Positions 1-12,189 of a stretch of 64,000 bases of DNA are shown piece by piece. Made by a program: the position numbers and the translations under genes. The DNA comes from Azolla caroliniana. Lineage: Eukaryota > Plantae > Polypodiophyta. The stretch spans positions 12,152,001 to 12,216,000 of the forward strand of contig JBHGNT010000010.1 in assembly GCA_043228905.1 (NCBI GenBank). Direction: 5' to 3'. The notes beneath the pieces were generated by a model. That model did no database searches. It had not been told where the DNA came from and saw only the letters and a list, made by a program, of their open reading frames with translations. Positions within the stretch are counted from its first letter, which is position 1; every line of letters starts with the position of its first letter.

Positions 1-700
1 ACGACATGCGACCCGACATGATTCCGACAAATAGTCGGAAGCCTCATATATCTAACCATCACCCGACCGGACCTCAGCTATCCGATCAGACTGATTAGTC
101 AATTCATGGCGCATCCAACCGTGGAGCACCTTCAGTGTGCGCTCCGAATACTCAGGTACATCAATGGCACTAAGGACAAGGGGTTGCAATATCGAACCAG
201 TGTAGCCGAACAGCTTGTCGGCTACATGGATGCCGATTGGGTTGGAATGCAGGCGACCGTAGGTCTACATCTGGATATGTGTTTTCACTAGGAAGCACCA
301 TGGTCGCCTAGAGGAGTAAGAAGTAGCCGACATTAGCACTGACGAGCACCAAGGCCGAGTACCGAGGAGCGGTTGTCGCGACATGCGAAGCTATATGGCT
401 CAAGAGGCTCCTTAAAGGATCTGTAGTTGGAGGTGTCTGATCCGACGACGATCTACTGCTACAACCTCAACAGCATCCAGCTGGCGAAGAACCCCATTTT
501 TCATGCCCGGACCAAGCACATTGAGGTGCACTACCATTTTGTCTATGAGCGTGTCCTCTCCGGTGAAGTCGAACTTGTGTATGTTCCGACGGATTACAGA
601 CTGCCAACATCTTCACCAAACCTCTCGCCCTAGACAAATTGCAACATTTTTTGGAGATGGTTGGTCTTCAGCATCTCGACATGCCGCACTTGAGGGGGAG
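1..700 (+). pseudogene. pol: copia RT C-terminus and RNase H, disrupted by stops and frameshifts
   Basis: ORFs 106-291, 427-633 and 639-830 carry consecutive copia RNase H motifs in different frames. Confidence 0.9.
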
Positions 701-1328
701 AAAGGAGGACAAGGAGGAAACTGGAACAGGAACTAGAAAGTCAAGTAATGGCATCAGACAAGTAGCTGGAGAGAAGGAAACAACCCAAACAAAGGGAGAC
801 AAGAAGAAGTCGGAACAAAGGGAAACTTAGCCGGGTCGACTGAAGAAGTCGGAACAAGCGACGACGGCGGCAGAGTCAAGAAGGAAAGAGTCGATCGGAA
901 GGAGAAGGCCAAGACCCGGACTTAGTCTGATGTGGTAAAGGGCCTGAAGATTGAGGATGAATTGGAGACAACCAATTTGGACAAGAGCTGGAACGAATCA
1001 GAGTCACCCAATTCAGAAGAGGTGCTTGATCCGGAGGAGCCGGATCAACTGAAGGCCAAATGAATGAGGGAGCGGAAGTCGACACCGACACAAAGGAACC
1101 AATGGGTCGAGATGCGACGGAGTCGCAACAACAAAGGAGCTGAGATGGGCCTTATGAGCAGACAAGCCGATCGAGAAGGTTAAGGTGCGCGGGACTGGAC
1201 GGGTCGTGGAAAGCGGAACCGGACGGGTCAAGGAGCACGAGCAAGGTGGGAATATGCTAAGAGGAGCCAGAGGTGAGGACCGGCAGACACACATAGCGAT
1301 CCGACCTCAAGTTGAGCTTGAGGGGGAG

Positions 1329-1709
1329 TGTTGAGCAAGCAAGCTCAACCAGATCCGGAACGGAGAATCAGATAGGTGTATGGATATATCGGTATCTGGA
1401 ACCTAGAGCCGGACCGGAGAATTGGATCGTACTCCGGAATAGTGAGAACCGGTAGGTTGTTGGAGCCTACGGTCCGAGCCTAGTACGTAGGCATATTCCT
1501 TGGAGTTAGTGTCAGTCGCTCATATGAGCATTGAAGTACATGTCAGTACTTCTATCAGTCCTTTTAAGGACTTGTATAAAAAGTGTTCTATGGGACGTTT
1601 GTATGTACAAAGTGTTATTAGTTTGAATTAAGTTTATGTTATGATCTATCCCTACTGTCAGTATTCGGTTGAGCCTATTTATCTAAGCTTCCACATATTA
1701 ACTTTTACA
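1329..1709 (+). repeat. 3' LTR of copia A1
   Basis: TG...CA ends, follows PPT; core similar to reverse complement of 13599-14051 and 18735-18995; right end approximate. Confidence 0.8.
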
Positions 1710-1866
1710 AAAGTTGTGTAAGCATAGTATTCCATTGGTTAAACACCCTTGTCCTCAATTGTCTATGATATGATTGGCGAGATCTATTGTATTTCAGTTC
1801 AAAATAAAAAATATGCTTTATTGACCTTTCCATTTCATTGTTGCCGAAGAATGATGTACCACTCAC

Positions 1867-2464
1867 TTTTCCTCGAGCCGAATGCTCCTCTTCCTCTATC
1901 TTCAGTCCTCTTGGAAGCACTACATTAGGTTCAGGTACCTTCCACAAATGTGCCTCCATCTCCATTTTCTTATGAAACCGTGGGTTTCTCAAATGACTTT
2001 GTAACTATACATGTAAGAGATTTGATCCTCATTGGATCTTAACCTTACTTGAAGAGTGAGACCGGGTCAAGTACGTCTGGTGTGAAAGTGTTGGTAATGA
2101 CATGCATTAGAATAAACAAAGCTATACATACCTATAATTGGAATATATGGATGTACACAAACTTACCTTTTGGAGGAGCATCAACATCTGATGGGTCTTG
2201 TTCCGGTATGGGTTCTGCAACCTCATTAATCTCTGCCTTTGCCACCTCTTTGATGTTTTCATTCTCCAACTTGGCAGATATGTTGCTTTTGATACTCCTT
2301 CTTGCAAAAAATATGCAGCTAAAATTGAAGTTAGAACACATGCATCACTATTATAGTCTCATATACATTGTTGAAGAATGAATTGCGCCATACCTCCCTT
2401 CATTGGGTCCTCTTTCAACCCAATCAAAATCAAACTTTAGGAACTCTTTCAACTTGGCAACCAT
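1867..2464 (-). pseudogene. Spliced gene remnant of unknown product (exons about 2464-2394, 2300-2167, further exons to about 1867)
   Basis: ATG at 2464; donor GTATG at 2393; acceptor TTTTTGCAAG at 2301; donor GTAAGT at 2166; exons 1 and 2 join in frame (MVAKLKEFLKFDFDWVERGPNEGRRSIKSNISAK...); later exons not resolved. Confidence 0.55.
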
Positions 2465-2869
2465 TTATGCAACCAACTTAGGCAGAATACTATAAATTAT
2501 GAACTCCTACACCACAAGAATCTAAACCTTAACACCATATTTCAACAACTTTTTATCCATCTACATTATACCCAACCCAACATTTTCCTTTCACTCACAA
2601 ATATGTAGGCATACCCATAAATCATTACAAACCATGCAATCAAAAGAAAATTTTCTTGCCAAATCATAACTAACTTTCACGAAGAGAGTCTTGGAGTAAT
2701 TTCAAAAGACTATAAGTAAAAAAGGTGGAGGCGTATTTCTATTAGTCTTTATTACTATTTCTAGCCATCACTCCACTAGTACGCCTAGTCATCATAACAT
2801 TAATAGTACTTTTATTCCCTAGGCATCATGCAAAAGATTCATCTCTTAAAACCTATTTCTGTAATGACT

Positions 2870-5713
2870 CTGTCACCATAGAAGCAGAAACACATTCGAG
2901 CTAATAGGTTTTCTGATTTTTCTCGCCATAGCCCACAATAGTTCTCACAACCCTCACTGAGTGAAGATCTGTTCATCGAGGACGACAACATGCCGATTGT
3001 CGTATCTGACACCTTGTGCCGCTGGCTCGTTCGCAATAAGTTACAGGGATTTTTGAAAGTCGCAGAAACAGAGCTGCAGCCAAACGCGAAAGCTCTGTTG
3101 GCAGAAATCGATGTCTCGACGATCACGAATAAGAAGGTACAGACCGTGTTGGAGATGCCAAGAGGCGGGTTCGACGTTGTCAACAAAGTCACAGAGGATG
3201 TTTTGCGGTCCTATTTTGGTGAATATTCGCCCTCTGCCAAAGCGTATCAAACACAGGGAGGTAGGGATGTGTTTTTCCACTTTCAAATTTTTTATTAGAA
3301 GTAGGGTTTGTTAGTCCTAGATTTTCCTGTATGCCCAAAAAGAGGGCCAGATTTATTATCGCCGCTTATGAAGGCGAAGCTTTCAATTGGGGGCTTCTGT
3401 TGGTAGATGCTTTGAGAGAGCAACTAAACGGAGTTCGGAGAGCGAAACCAATGAAGCCAATTTTTGCTCAATGGTTATCGGTATTATTTCGGACTGCAGA
3501 GACAGAAAACCGATCAGAGGTGCGTCGGCCACCTTAGGTACAGTCATCCCGAGCCCGATGACAAGTCCAAAGGGAAGAGTGGAGGGAAGAAGAATCAACG
3601 CAAGATGATACCACTCGGACCGAGTCTGACCAACTTGAACCAAGGCACCACAACAGTCGATACCACAACCCGAACCTACCTAGAAATTACCGACTCCACC
3701 ACCGGAGTCTCAACCACAGAGGATGCAACAACGAGGGACGACAGACGAGCAATCGTCACAGCAACAACAATCGCAAGAAAGTTGGCATGGAGCAGCAACT
3801 ACCGAAACAACGAAGGGTGAAGCAACGGTCTCAAAGATACTCTAGACCGGAGCAAGAACAACCTGTGCAGAAGAAAAAGAGAACTAACGACCAAACCACC
3901 CAAAGCATGCAAATACCTCGTGTCAATCCAGATGACACATCACGAGTTCAAAAAGGGCAGGCATCAACGGCAATGGTACAAGAGGCACTCGGTTTTTCCA
4001 ACATTCCGGCAGCAACACATGAATTAGCTACCATTTTGCAGTTCGGAACATCATATGAACTATTAGAATGGTTAGTTAAAAGACTACAAGAAGTGTCGGA
4101 AAGAATGGCGCAAGAGCACAGAGATCAAATAATGATCCAGAGGTCATTATGTGGAGCTATCGAACCAAATGAGCAAGCGGAAGTGGATAGAACTGGTCGA
4201 CAACGACATGCTAAAAATAGAGGTGAAGCCATTCAAATACCACCATTACATGAGGCACTAGTGGAAGTACACCGTGAATATGAGAAAGGCTTGCAGAGCT
4301 GCCAGGGGTATGGCCGAATTATACAAATAGGCTACAACAGCTGCAGAGGTGTTTAATGCACAGTACAAACAAATGCAGGCAGAAAATCAGCAATTGAAGA
4401 ATAAACTGCAAGAAGAACAAGGGGCTCTAGAAAAAGCGAGAGAACAAATAGTCCAGCCAGAGCCACAAAGGAAACCTTTGGAGACGGATTCAGAGTTACA
4501 AAAGAGGTTGTACCAAGCTGAACAAGCATGAAGGGAGGCGGAAATTAAGGCAGGAAAGATTGAGGACCGGTTCAGGGAAATAGAGATTCAATTACAGTCG
4601 GCAAAAACGACGACCGACAGATGTTTAGGGGAAAAGGATAATGTAATACAAGATTTACGCCAAAAATTAGCCCAATAGCAAGAGAATACATGGCAACAGG
4701 TCGAGGAACTGGAAGAATATGTCAAGAGCCAAGAGACTTGTTTTGCAACACAGTGGGCGGATAAAGACAAATTGATTGACGGAATCAACGAAAAAATTAT
4801 TCAATAGTAGAACAACTGGAATGAAGAAAAAGCAAAGCTAGAAAACCGATGTGCAGAAATTCAAACAGTCTCCGAAAAACGATGACTTGACCTCTTAGTG
4901 GCCCAAGCTAAGCTGATGTAGGCAGAAGGACAGACCAATGCGGTAATCATTGATTTACGGAAAACATTGGCAACAACACAGTTTGAGGCTAGAATGACTC
5001 AGGACAGGGTTCAAGCAATCATTAGACGTCACCGAATTAACACCCTAAAATTGGTCAATGAATCGCTAGAGAAGGGTTGGCAAACATGGTCGGCACAAGC
5101 AGCAGAGCTTCAGCTATTAAGAGCCGACAGAGAAAATAGGAAGGTGCAGGGCAAGGGCTTCCTCAAGATGTTGGAAGAAGCAATGACCACAGTTCAGGAG
5201 GATATTGCTAAGGACCTATACGATATGTCGGCTTATTTTAAAGAAGAAATCAACAGAATCATGCAGGAATTTGACAAGAATGATGTCGAGACATCTGTCG
5301 AGTTAGACAATATCGAAGCCGAAAGAATTACCAAAACACTTGGACTCAGGGCATCGAAAGCAGGAACAGAAGCAAAGCCAAGCCCATCGATGGAAGGAAC
5401 CCGACAGGAAAACAACAATGGGGAGGATACTGAATCTGAGGAAGAAGATGAGGAACACATGGCAACACAAGAGGCAGAACCCTCATTATTCGACATTTTG
5501 CAGGACGACGCAGACGAGGTTTTGGAGATGGAGGAAGATCTTTCCTCTATTTAAGCTATATTACATAAGTCACGATCTCGGTGTCTATTATCATCGATAA
5601 GTGTATAGCTAATTCGTATCTATCCGTCTAACCACAACTTCTTGATAGAACGTTCAACTCGAACGTTCGTCTTATACTGTGTCGGCAAAATAGCAATTGT
5701 CGACCGAATAACA
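2870..5713 (+). mobile_element. 3' remnant of an Athila-like gypsy element (H): accessory ORF plus partial 3' LTR
   Basis: Protein homologous to the 3' extra ORF of element F; ends ...GAATAACA at 5713 like the F LTR end; left boundary approximate. Confidence 0.7.
2990..5554 (+). pseudogene. Accessory coiled-coil protein (env-position ORF), fragmented
   Basis: Collinear ORFs 2990-3298, 3331-3537, 3787-4356, 4349-4531, 4967-5554; shares FGEYSxxxKAY and ELQLLRAD motifs with 38580-40850. Confidence 0.75.
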
Positions 5714-6820
5714 CTAAAGACGATCAAGCTGGGAGTTGGGTTTTGGCCAACGGTATTCGAGTGTGAAAAGAAAGGAAAAATAGATTTGGAGGATTTAAAA
5801 CATGCTGATTGGAATGTGCGACGAGTTACCGGATGGTTGGATCCAATCGACGATAACACAAGCTTTGCGGAGGTTGTGTGCGACAACTATGAAGCTCTTG
5901 TTGAAGAGAAGAGGAAAAGAACCGGTGAAGAAGATGGCACATCAAAGCGTCATAATACGAGGAATGCATGGAAAGAAGGACAAGCCCAACCTACGCCACG
6001 AAAAGAGATAGGAGAAACAAGCATGAAGCCCGGTGGATCGAGCCAACCTTCTCGGATGGAAGTCGATGAATCTGTGAAGAAAGGAAAGGAACGAGTGGCG
6101 CCGACTTACAAGCTAAGGTCGGACATAGAACAAACAACCAACTTGTGGAAGGTCCTTGAGGAGAAGGTTTTAGACAGTCATGTCGACCTTACTTTGAGAG
6201 AGCTACTTGGGATCGCTAAGAAGGAGTTCCACGATACTATCGTGGACTTGATTAAGCGGAAGCGGCAACAATCGGATGAAGAAGAGGTGAAAACAAGTGC
6301 CATAACCATGGCAAGATCCGAAGAGGAGGAGGAAGAAGAAGTGATGGCGGACAACCATTACTCTTGGCCTCATTGGGCAAGAGCGACAACGGAGACGCCG
6401 GTGAAGATCGGAGAGAAGAAGGAGACCGTGGTAGCCTTGATTGACCATGGTTCGGAGATCAACCTCCTGTCGACCGAATTCTACAAGAAAGGAAGATGGT
6501 CAATCAATACAAACCACGGATGGAAGATACGAGCGGCAACGAAGGCCACGGAAGACCTGTACGGAGCTTGCCCCAATGTCATGATTGGAGATGTGGAGAT
6601 GGATCAACACTTCTTCGTGCAAGACTCAGAGTCACATCCCGTCATCCTAGGACAACCATATATCACATCGTCCCGGATGGAGACTAAGGTGTTCGATAAT
6701 GGAGCGGCCTTCGCGCGAGTCAAGAGCCTTGACAATCAAAGGTCTGTTCAAATCCTTACGGTGCGGGCTAATCACGAAAGGAACCAAGATAGCCTTGGAG
6801 GCGAATCCTCGGATTTTTAG
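5714..6820 (+). CDS. Ty3/gypsy Gag C-terminus plus aspartic protease (DUF4100-type lineage), 5' truncated
   Basis: ORF 5642-6820 with ALIDHGSEINL active site and VILGQPY motif; first ~70 nt belong to the H LTR; lineage call from recalled similarity. Confidence 0.8.
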   Translation, partial: LKTIKLGVGFWPTVFECEKKGKIDLEDLKHADWNVRRVTGWLDPIDDNTSFAEVVCDNYEALVEEKRKRTGEEDGTSKRHNTRNAWKEGQAQPTPRKEIGETSMKPGGSSQPSRMEVDESVKKGKERVAPTYKLRSDIEQTTNLWKVLEEKVLDSHVDLTLRELLGIAKKEFHDTIVDLIKRKRQQSDEEEVKTSAITMARSEEEEEEEVMADNHYSWPHWARATTETPVKIGEKKETVVALIDHGSEINLLSTEFYKKGRWSINTNHGWKIRAATKATEDLYGACPNVMIGDVEMDQHFFVQDSESHPVILGQPYITSSRMETKVFDNGAAFARVKSLDNQRSVQILTVRANHERNQDSLGGESSDF

Positions 6821-6874
6821 AGCGAACTATTGACGCGTGGGGCACAAATAGTCCGAGCAATCATAAGTCCCCAC
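6811..6874 (+). promoter_or_regulatory. Putative -1 programmed ribosomal frameshift signal (G GAU UUU plus H-type pseudoknot)
   Basis: Heptamer abuts the TAG of the protease ORF; stem 1 6823-6831/6847-6855; stem 2 GTGGGG 6837-6842 with CCCCAC 6869-6874; -1 frame open for about 90 codons. Confidence 0.7.
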
Positions 6875-7072
6875 AAGGAAGCAAAATTAGTGGATCGCAA
6901 GAAGAAGCAACATGTGTGACACCTAGTGGTGCATGTAAACTAACACTACTCAACAAGAAGGACAAGCGCCGGATACAAGACTTCGAGAAGATGCTGAAAG
7001 AAGAAAGCATAATTGAAGAAGAAGAATTTGTGTCTCATATTCTAGAGGAAGCGTCATTTAACAACACCATCG

Positions 7073-8248
7073 GTGAAATCATTTGATGTATTCTATGATC
7101 GTGCTGTTATATTATTTTTTACCGGCAAACTCCCATATGTTAATTGGATTAAACAATGGTTGAACACAATCATGTCACCAAATTGTGTTGAAAATATATA
7201 TGCGGGACCACGAGGGTTTTATGATGTGGTATTTTGTTCATCGGAGCATCGAAGTGCATTGCTGGGTAAAGTTCCTATGTTTTTTGACAAACGATTGGTG
7301 CATGTTATGCAATGGTCCCCCGTAGTGGACTATCATGCTTTGTTAAAACAAGAATGTTCTGTTTGGGTTACAGTGGATTGTAAGCATGCTTTTTTATGGC
7401 CACTTTTACCAGAGTTGATGAGTCAAATGGGTAAAGTGTTGGTATCTTCACATGCAAATGCTACAAATAAGTGCAGATTTTGTGTGTTATGGGATACAAG
7501 TCACAAGAGGCCAGGATGGGTGCATATGAATGCTCCTAGTATGAGAAGTCTTTGTTTTAAACTGAAGTGGGAGACATTTGCAGGTCATTGTTTTGGATGT
7601 GGTGAATGGGGTCACTTTATGGCGGAATGCCACGGTCATTGTCCTTCAACTACAGAGGTTCCTATTGAAGGGAACGATAAGGAAGGAGTTGGGAGAGATG
7701 TTGGTGTGTCAGATTTTGTGGATGAAGGAACATCACCTAGAGCAAGTTATAAAGAGGTCTCACTTCAAGGTTTGGGCCCTAACAATAAGGGAATTGAATC
7801 TATGGATATGGAAAAACAAAGTTTAGTGGTTAAAGATAAGGGGAAAAAACTGTTGGATAGAGCTAGTAGTGATGTTGTTGACAACGATTGGCATGAGGTT
7901 AAGGGCAAGTCGAAAGGGAAATCAATGAATATGCAGCGTAGTAGCTTGCCCACTACTTGTGTGACTACTTGGCAAGGTAATTCAAGAACTAGGGAGGGCC
8001 CTCGAAAAGTTCCTTGGAAACGACAATCTAGGGATAAGGGATTACCCCTTCACCTTCAATTTGATTCATTGGGACGAGTTGTAAATTCATCTAATTCTCG
8101 AGGTTTTCGTCAAGCGGGAGGACCTAAAAAAAAGATTTCGATAGACAACCCTAAGGATGTGGTGCATGAAAATCCATATGCAGCATTGGAGCATGCTTTG
8201 ACTAGTTTCATGACATCGGTTGCTCTAAAGGAGCAAGTGCTCCCATAA
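7073..8248 (+). CDS. LINE ORF1 (RRM/DUF4283-like region plus CCHC zinc knuckle), probably 5' truncated
   Basis: 391 aa ORF with CFGCGEWGHFMAEC knuckle, immediately upstream of ORF2. Confidence 0.82.
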   Translation: MKSFDVFYDRAVILFFTGKLPYVNWIKQWLNTIMSPNCVENIYAGPRGFYDVVFCSSEHRSALLGKVPMFFDKRLVHVMQWSPVVDYHALLKQECSVWVTVDCKHAFLWPLLPELMSQMGKVLVSSHANATNKCRFCVLWDTSHKRPGWVHMNAPSMRSLCFKLKWETFAGHCFGCGEWGHFMAECHGHCPSTTEVPIEGNDKEGVGRDVGVSDFVDEGTSPRASYKEVSLQGLGPNNKGIESMDMEKQSLVVKDKGKKLLDRASSDVVDNDWHEVKGKSKGKSMNMQRSSLPTTCVTTWQGNSRTREGPRKVPWKRQSRDKGLPLHLQFDSLGRVVNSSNSRGFRQAGGPKKKISIDNPKDVVHENPYAALEHALTSFMTSVALKEQVLP

Positions 8249-8261
8249 CATTGTTGATTGA

Positions 8262-11200
8262 ATGAAAGTGGTAACATGGAATGTGAGAGGGGCATGTTCT
8301 CCTCATAAGAAGTATATACTATGGGAAACTTTGTTAAGTAGAGAATGGGATGTAGTATGTGCAGTTGAGCATAAGTGTCATGAGTTAGCAGGATCCACAG
8401 TGCATTTGCGTGGATATTCATCATTTTATGCAGGACATCTTAATAATCATTATTCAGGTGTGGTATTAATCATGAGGGATAAGTATTATCCTCAAGTGGT
8501 GCATAATGATCCTTATGGTCGGTTTTTGGTTCTAGAAATCACTATTTTTGGCGAGGTTGTGTGGGTGGTTGGGATTTATGCCTCTAACCAAGCCACTCAA
8601 CGTATTGCATTATGGGGTTTACTCCTTCAAACCTTATCTATTGGACGTCCAGGATTACTTATGGGCGATTTTAACATGTGTGTTGATGCATTTCAATCCA
8701 TGTCTGAACATTCAATCATGGATGATCCTGAGCAACTTGCTTGGGACTCATTGGCTATGGAGGTTCTGAAGTTGGATGTTTGGACATGGTTGCAAGGGAA
8801 TGATCCAGGTTTTACCTTCCAATCTGCTCAACATATACAAAATGGAGTTGGTTAGATAGAATGTATGTGATGCATGATGATTCTTTTTTACCAACATCAC
8901 TTCATATGAACGTTCTACAAGATGTTGGAACTTCAAATCACTTTCCTATTTGCTTGGAGGTGTGTAATCATGCAATTGACATGTATAAATCTTTACTTGG
9001 AAAGCCTCCACTACGCTTTAACTCTTCTCTTTTGCTTCAACCTCACTTTGATTCTCTCATGGAGCAAATTTTGGTAAATTTTTCTCAACAAGTGAATCTT
9101 AAAGGAGTTAAAGCATGGGATATCACATTACGAAACATTAACATCATTCATCGTATGTATGGAGTAACCAATGCTCAACGAAGAAGAGGTCTTATTCGAC
9201 AATTCTCACAAGTTCTCTCTAGGTGTAATGCATTATTGATACATACACCATGAGATGAGGAGCTTTTGGATATTCAGAGTTAATTGCATGTTATTATTTC
9301 TCAGTTGCAATGCCAAAGTTATCATTATGCTAAGATGCGACAACTCAGGGAAAGACTCATTGATAATCAATGTCAATCTCATTTGTTTTTCCAAGCATTA
9401 CATCCTACTTATGCTCGATCTAATGTGGTACATGTGAAGCAAGGGGATGAATTGATAGTGGATCTTACAACAATAATTGACATATGTCTTCATTACTTTA
9501 AGGAGTTGATTGGTCCACAATTGTTAATGATAGATGAGGTGAGTAGAGCACGTCATGAGTTTTATGATGTGGTTGGATGTATTGTGCATGATCTCATTAG
9601 TCATGAATTGGATGCGGATTTCACTGAGGATGAGGTGGATGTAGTTTTAAGGCATCTTCCTAGTGGTAAGAGCCTTGGTTGGGATGGCTTGACAAATGAA
9701 GTTTTTAAGAGATATTCCAACATTTTAAAGGGGCCCTTGACTTTGATGTTTCAACAATCTTGGGATTCTGGTTGTATGCCTCAAGCTTGGAAGATTGGTC
9801 TAATTAAACTAGTTCCAAAGGTGGCATCTCCTGAGTCATTTCATCAATGGAGACCTATTTCTTTGATGGGGGGGTTGTACAAGATATTTACGAAGGACTT
9901 GGCAAATAGATTACAAAAGTATTTGCCAAAGTTGATACACCCCGCCCAATATGGTTTTATTGCAGGTAGAAATATATTGCATAATGTGTTGAATGCTCAA
10001 ATGGCCATGGATTATGCTCGGAACACTCATCAAGAATTGATTATGGTGCAATTAGATTTGGAGAAAGCTTATGATCATGTTAATTGGTCTTTTGTTTCTG
10101 GGTTAATGCATACAATGGGCTTTGGACCTCGTATGTCTCGTCTCATATTTTTATTAGGACAAGATGTAGTGTCTCGAGTAATGCTTAATGGGGGAGTTAC
10201 ATCAGATATTGCCCTCACAAGATCTGTTCGTCAAGGATGCCCTCTTAGCCCATTGTTGTTTGCTATTGTTACTCATCCTTTGTTAGTGATGCTATCAAGA
10301 CTTGCAATAAATGGTGACATTGTGGGTTTACACCTTCCGTTCGGAGGGCAAATAGTAGCAGAAGCTTTGGTGAATGATTCTTTCATGTTTTTACAAGCCT
10401 CACGGGAGAAACTTGAGAAGGGGATGCTTGTATGGAATCAGTTTGAATTGGCTTCCGGATTACATATTAATCGGAGGAAGTCTAGTCTCATATCATGCAC
10501 TGAAAGGAATTTGGAATGTTTAGGATGGCAAGGATCCGTGGTGAAGAAAGGCTCTATTTTTCAACACTTGGGCTATCCATTAGGAATGAATGTTACAAAT
10601 GGTCAATTGATTGAATGGATGTCTAGTAAGTTGAGGGATAAGTTCATGTATTGGAAGTCACAATCTTGGCCATTTCATGTTCGCTTGAAGGTTGCACAAT
10701 GTATTATGGAACCCATGATATTATATTACTTGCCATTATTGCCATGGACAAAGAAGACGTTGAATTCTGTTTTGCAACCTCTTCGATATTTGTTGTGGAA
10801 GAAGAGGGATAAGATGGGAATCACATGGATTGCTTGGAATCATCTAGCAACCCCTAAGCGATTGGGGGGGGTTGGAATATTGAACTTATCTATGCATATG
10901 ATGGATCGTAGATTTTCATTATTACAAGACATGTGTTCAAACTCACAACCATGGATATCTATTGTTCAATATTTCATTGAGAACAAGGGTTTAACACATG
11001 GGAGGACAACGATTAAAGCTTCATGGTGGCAATTACTGAATGGATGTATTTCACTTAGGATTCCGGGTTCTTCATGTGTTCAACACTTAGTTACCTCATG
11101 GCAAGAAGCACTCTTGTCATGTGTATGGAAACCATCATCTAGTAGAGAGCATTGCAACTCTTTGCAAAAAGAGTTACTTGTGTCTTCTCGGTTATTATGT

Positions 11201-12094
11201 TGGCCAGGAAAGGAGAGATTGCGTTCTCAATTTAATCGTTTGTTTCGTTTGGGGGTCAAAGAGGTGGGAGATATAGTTGAGGTTCCATCTCAAAGAATTT
11301 TGGAGTTTACTGAAGCACAACAATTATTACGCATCCCGCCTAATTATGGGTTTATTTGGCAACAACTACAGAATATTGCATTGATGCAAGGTCCCTTACC
11401 TCTACAAACAGGAGAACAACCGTGAATTGATTGGAGTTTAAGGGGTCAAATACCATTGTTACAAGTGACTACTAATCTTTTGTATCATTGTTCCGTTGAG
11501 TCTCATGGATGGTTATCATCTAAGGCTGAAGAAGAATGGAAAATACACAAATCTAATCATGGGTGGTGGCAGATCTTACAACGTAGTTGGCATTCTAAAT
11601 TGCCACTTGTTGCAAAGGTATTCATTTGGAGAGTTTTGATTGGAGGATTGCCTTTGGGATTAGCTTTAAAGCGTCGTGGACTAGCAAAGAGTACTTGCTT
11701 CTTTTGCACAGTTCAGATAGAAGATAGTACTCATCGATTTATACAATGTCCAATTGCTTGTTAAATTTGGAGTTACATTTCTCAAATTTGGCAAGTTATA
11801 TCACAGAGTTATTTGACACCTAGACAATGGGTGTTTGCACAATTTACACAGGTTGACCCAAAATCAGAGATGGAGATTGTTTTCCTATTTCTGAGATATT
11901 GGGGATTGCGTCATAATTGGAACATGTGCAACGCTTTTGTATTTGATGGTAGACATGGAGTGAAAGCATATCTACGAATGTTGAAGGGAGCACTAATGTG
12001 GCAATTTTCTTTATTGGAACAAGTAGAAATTCTTTCCTCGGTGGAGTGTTTGTCTTGCCTATTGGCAATTCAACATGTTCCACTACCCATGTAG
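8262..12094 (+). pseudogene. LINE ORF2: APE endonuclease, reverse transcriptase, zf-RVT; several stops and frameshifts
   Basis: TWNVRG, MGDFN, SNHFPI; WRPISL, LDLEKAYDHV, VRQGCPLSPLLF; catalytic motif decayed to LVND; CFFC...HRFIQC. Confidence 0.92.
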
Positions 12095-12189
12095 TGTAGT
12101 GTGGTTAGTGTGTGACCATACTCCATTGTCACACGTATTGCAAGTAGTGTTTTTCACACACATTTATTAATATAATTGTGTGTTTTCAC

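Larger units (their letters stand above)
1..1709 (+). mobile_element. Ty1/copia 3' end (family A, copy A1): RT end, RNase H, long 3' region, PPT, 3' LTR
   Basis: ORFs with GYMDADW and [19 protein letters not shown] motifs; PPT GAGGGGGAG directly before TGTTGAG at 1329. Confidence 0.93.

Noticed and set aside
5642-5713. N-terminus of the 392-aa ORF as genuine protein
   Set aside because: These bases are the end of the H LTR, fused in frame by chance
10360-10385. Novel RT active site LVND in the LINE
   Set aside because: Explained by two transitions from LADD in a copy with many other lesions
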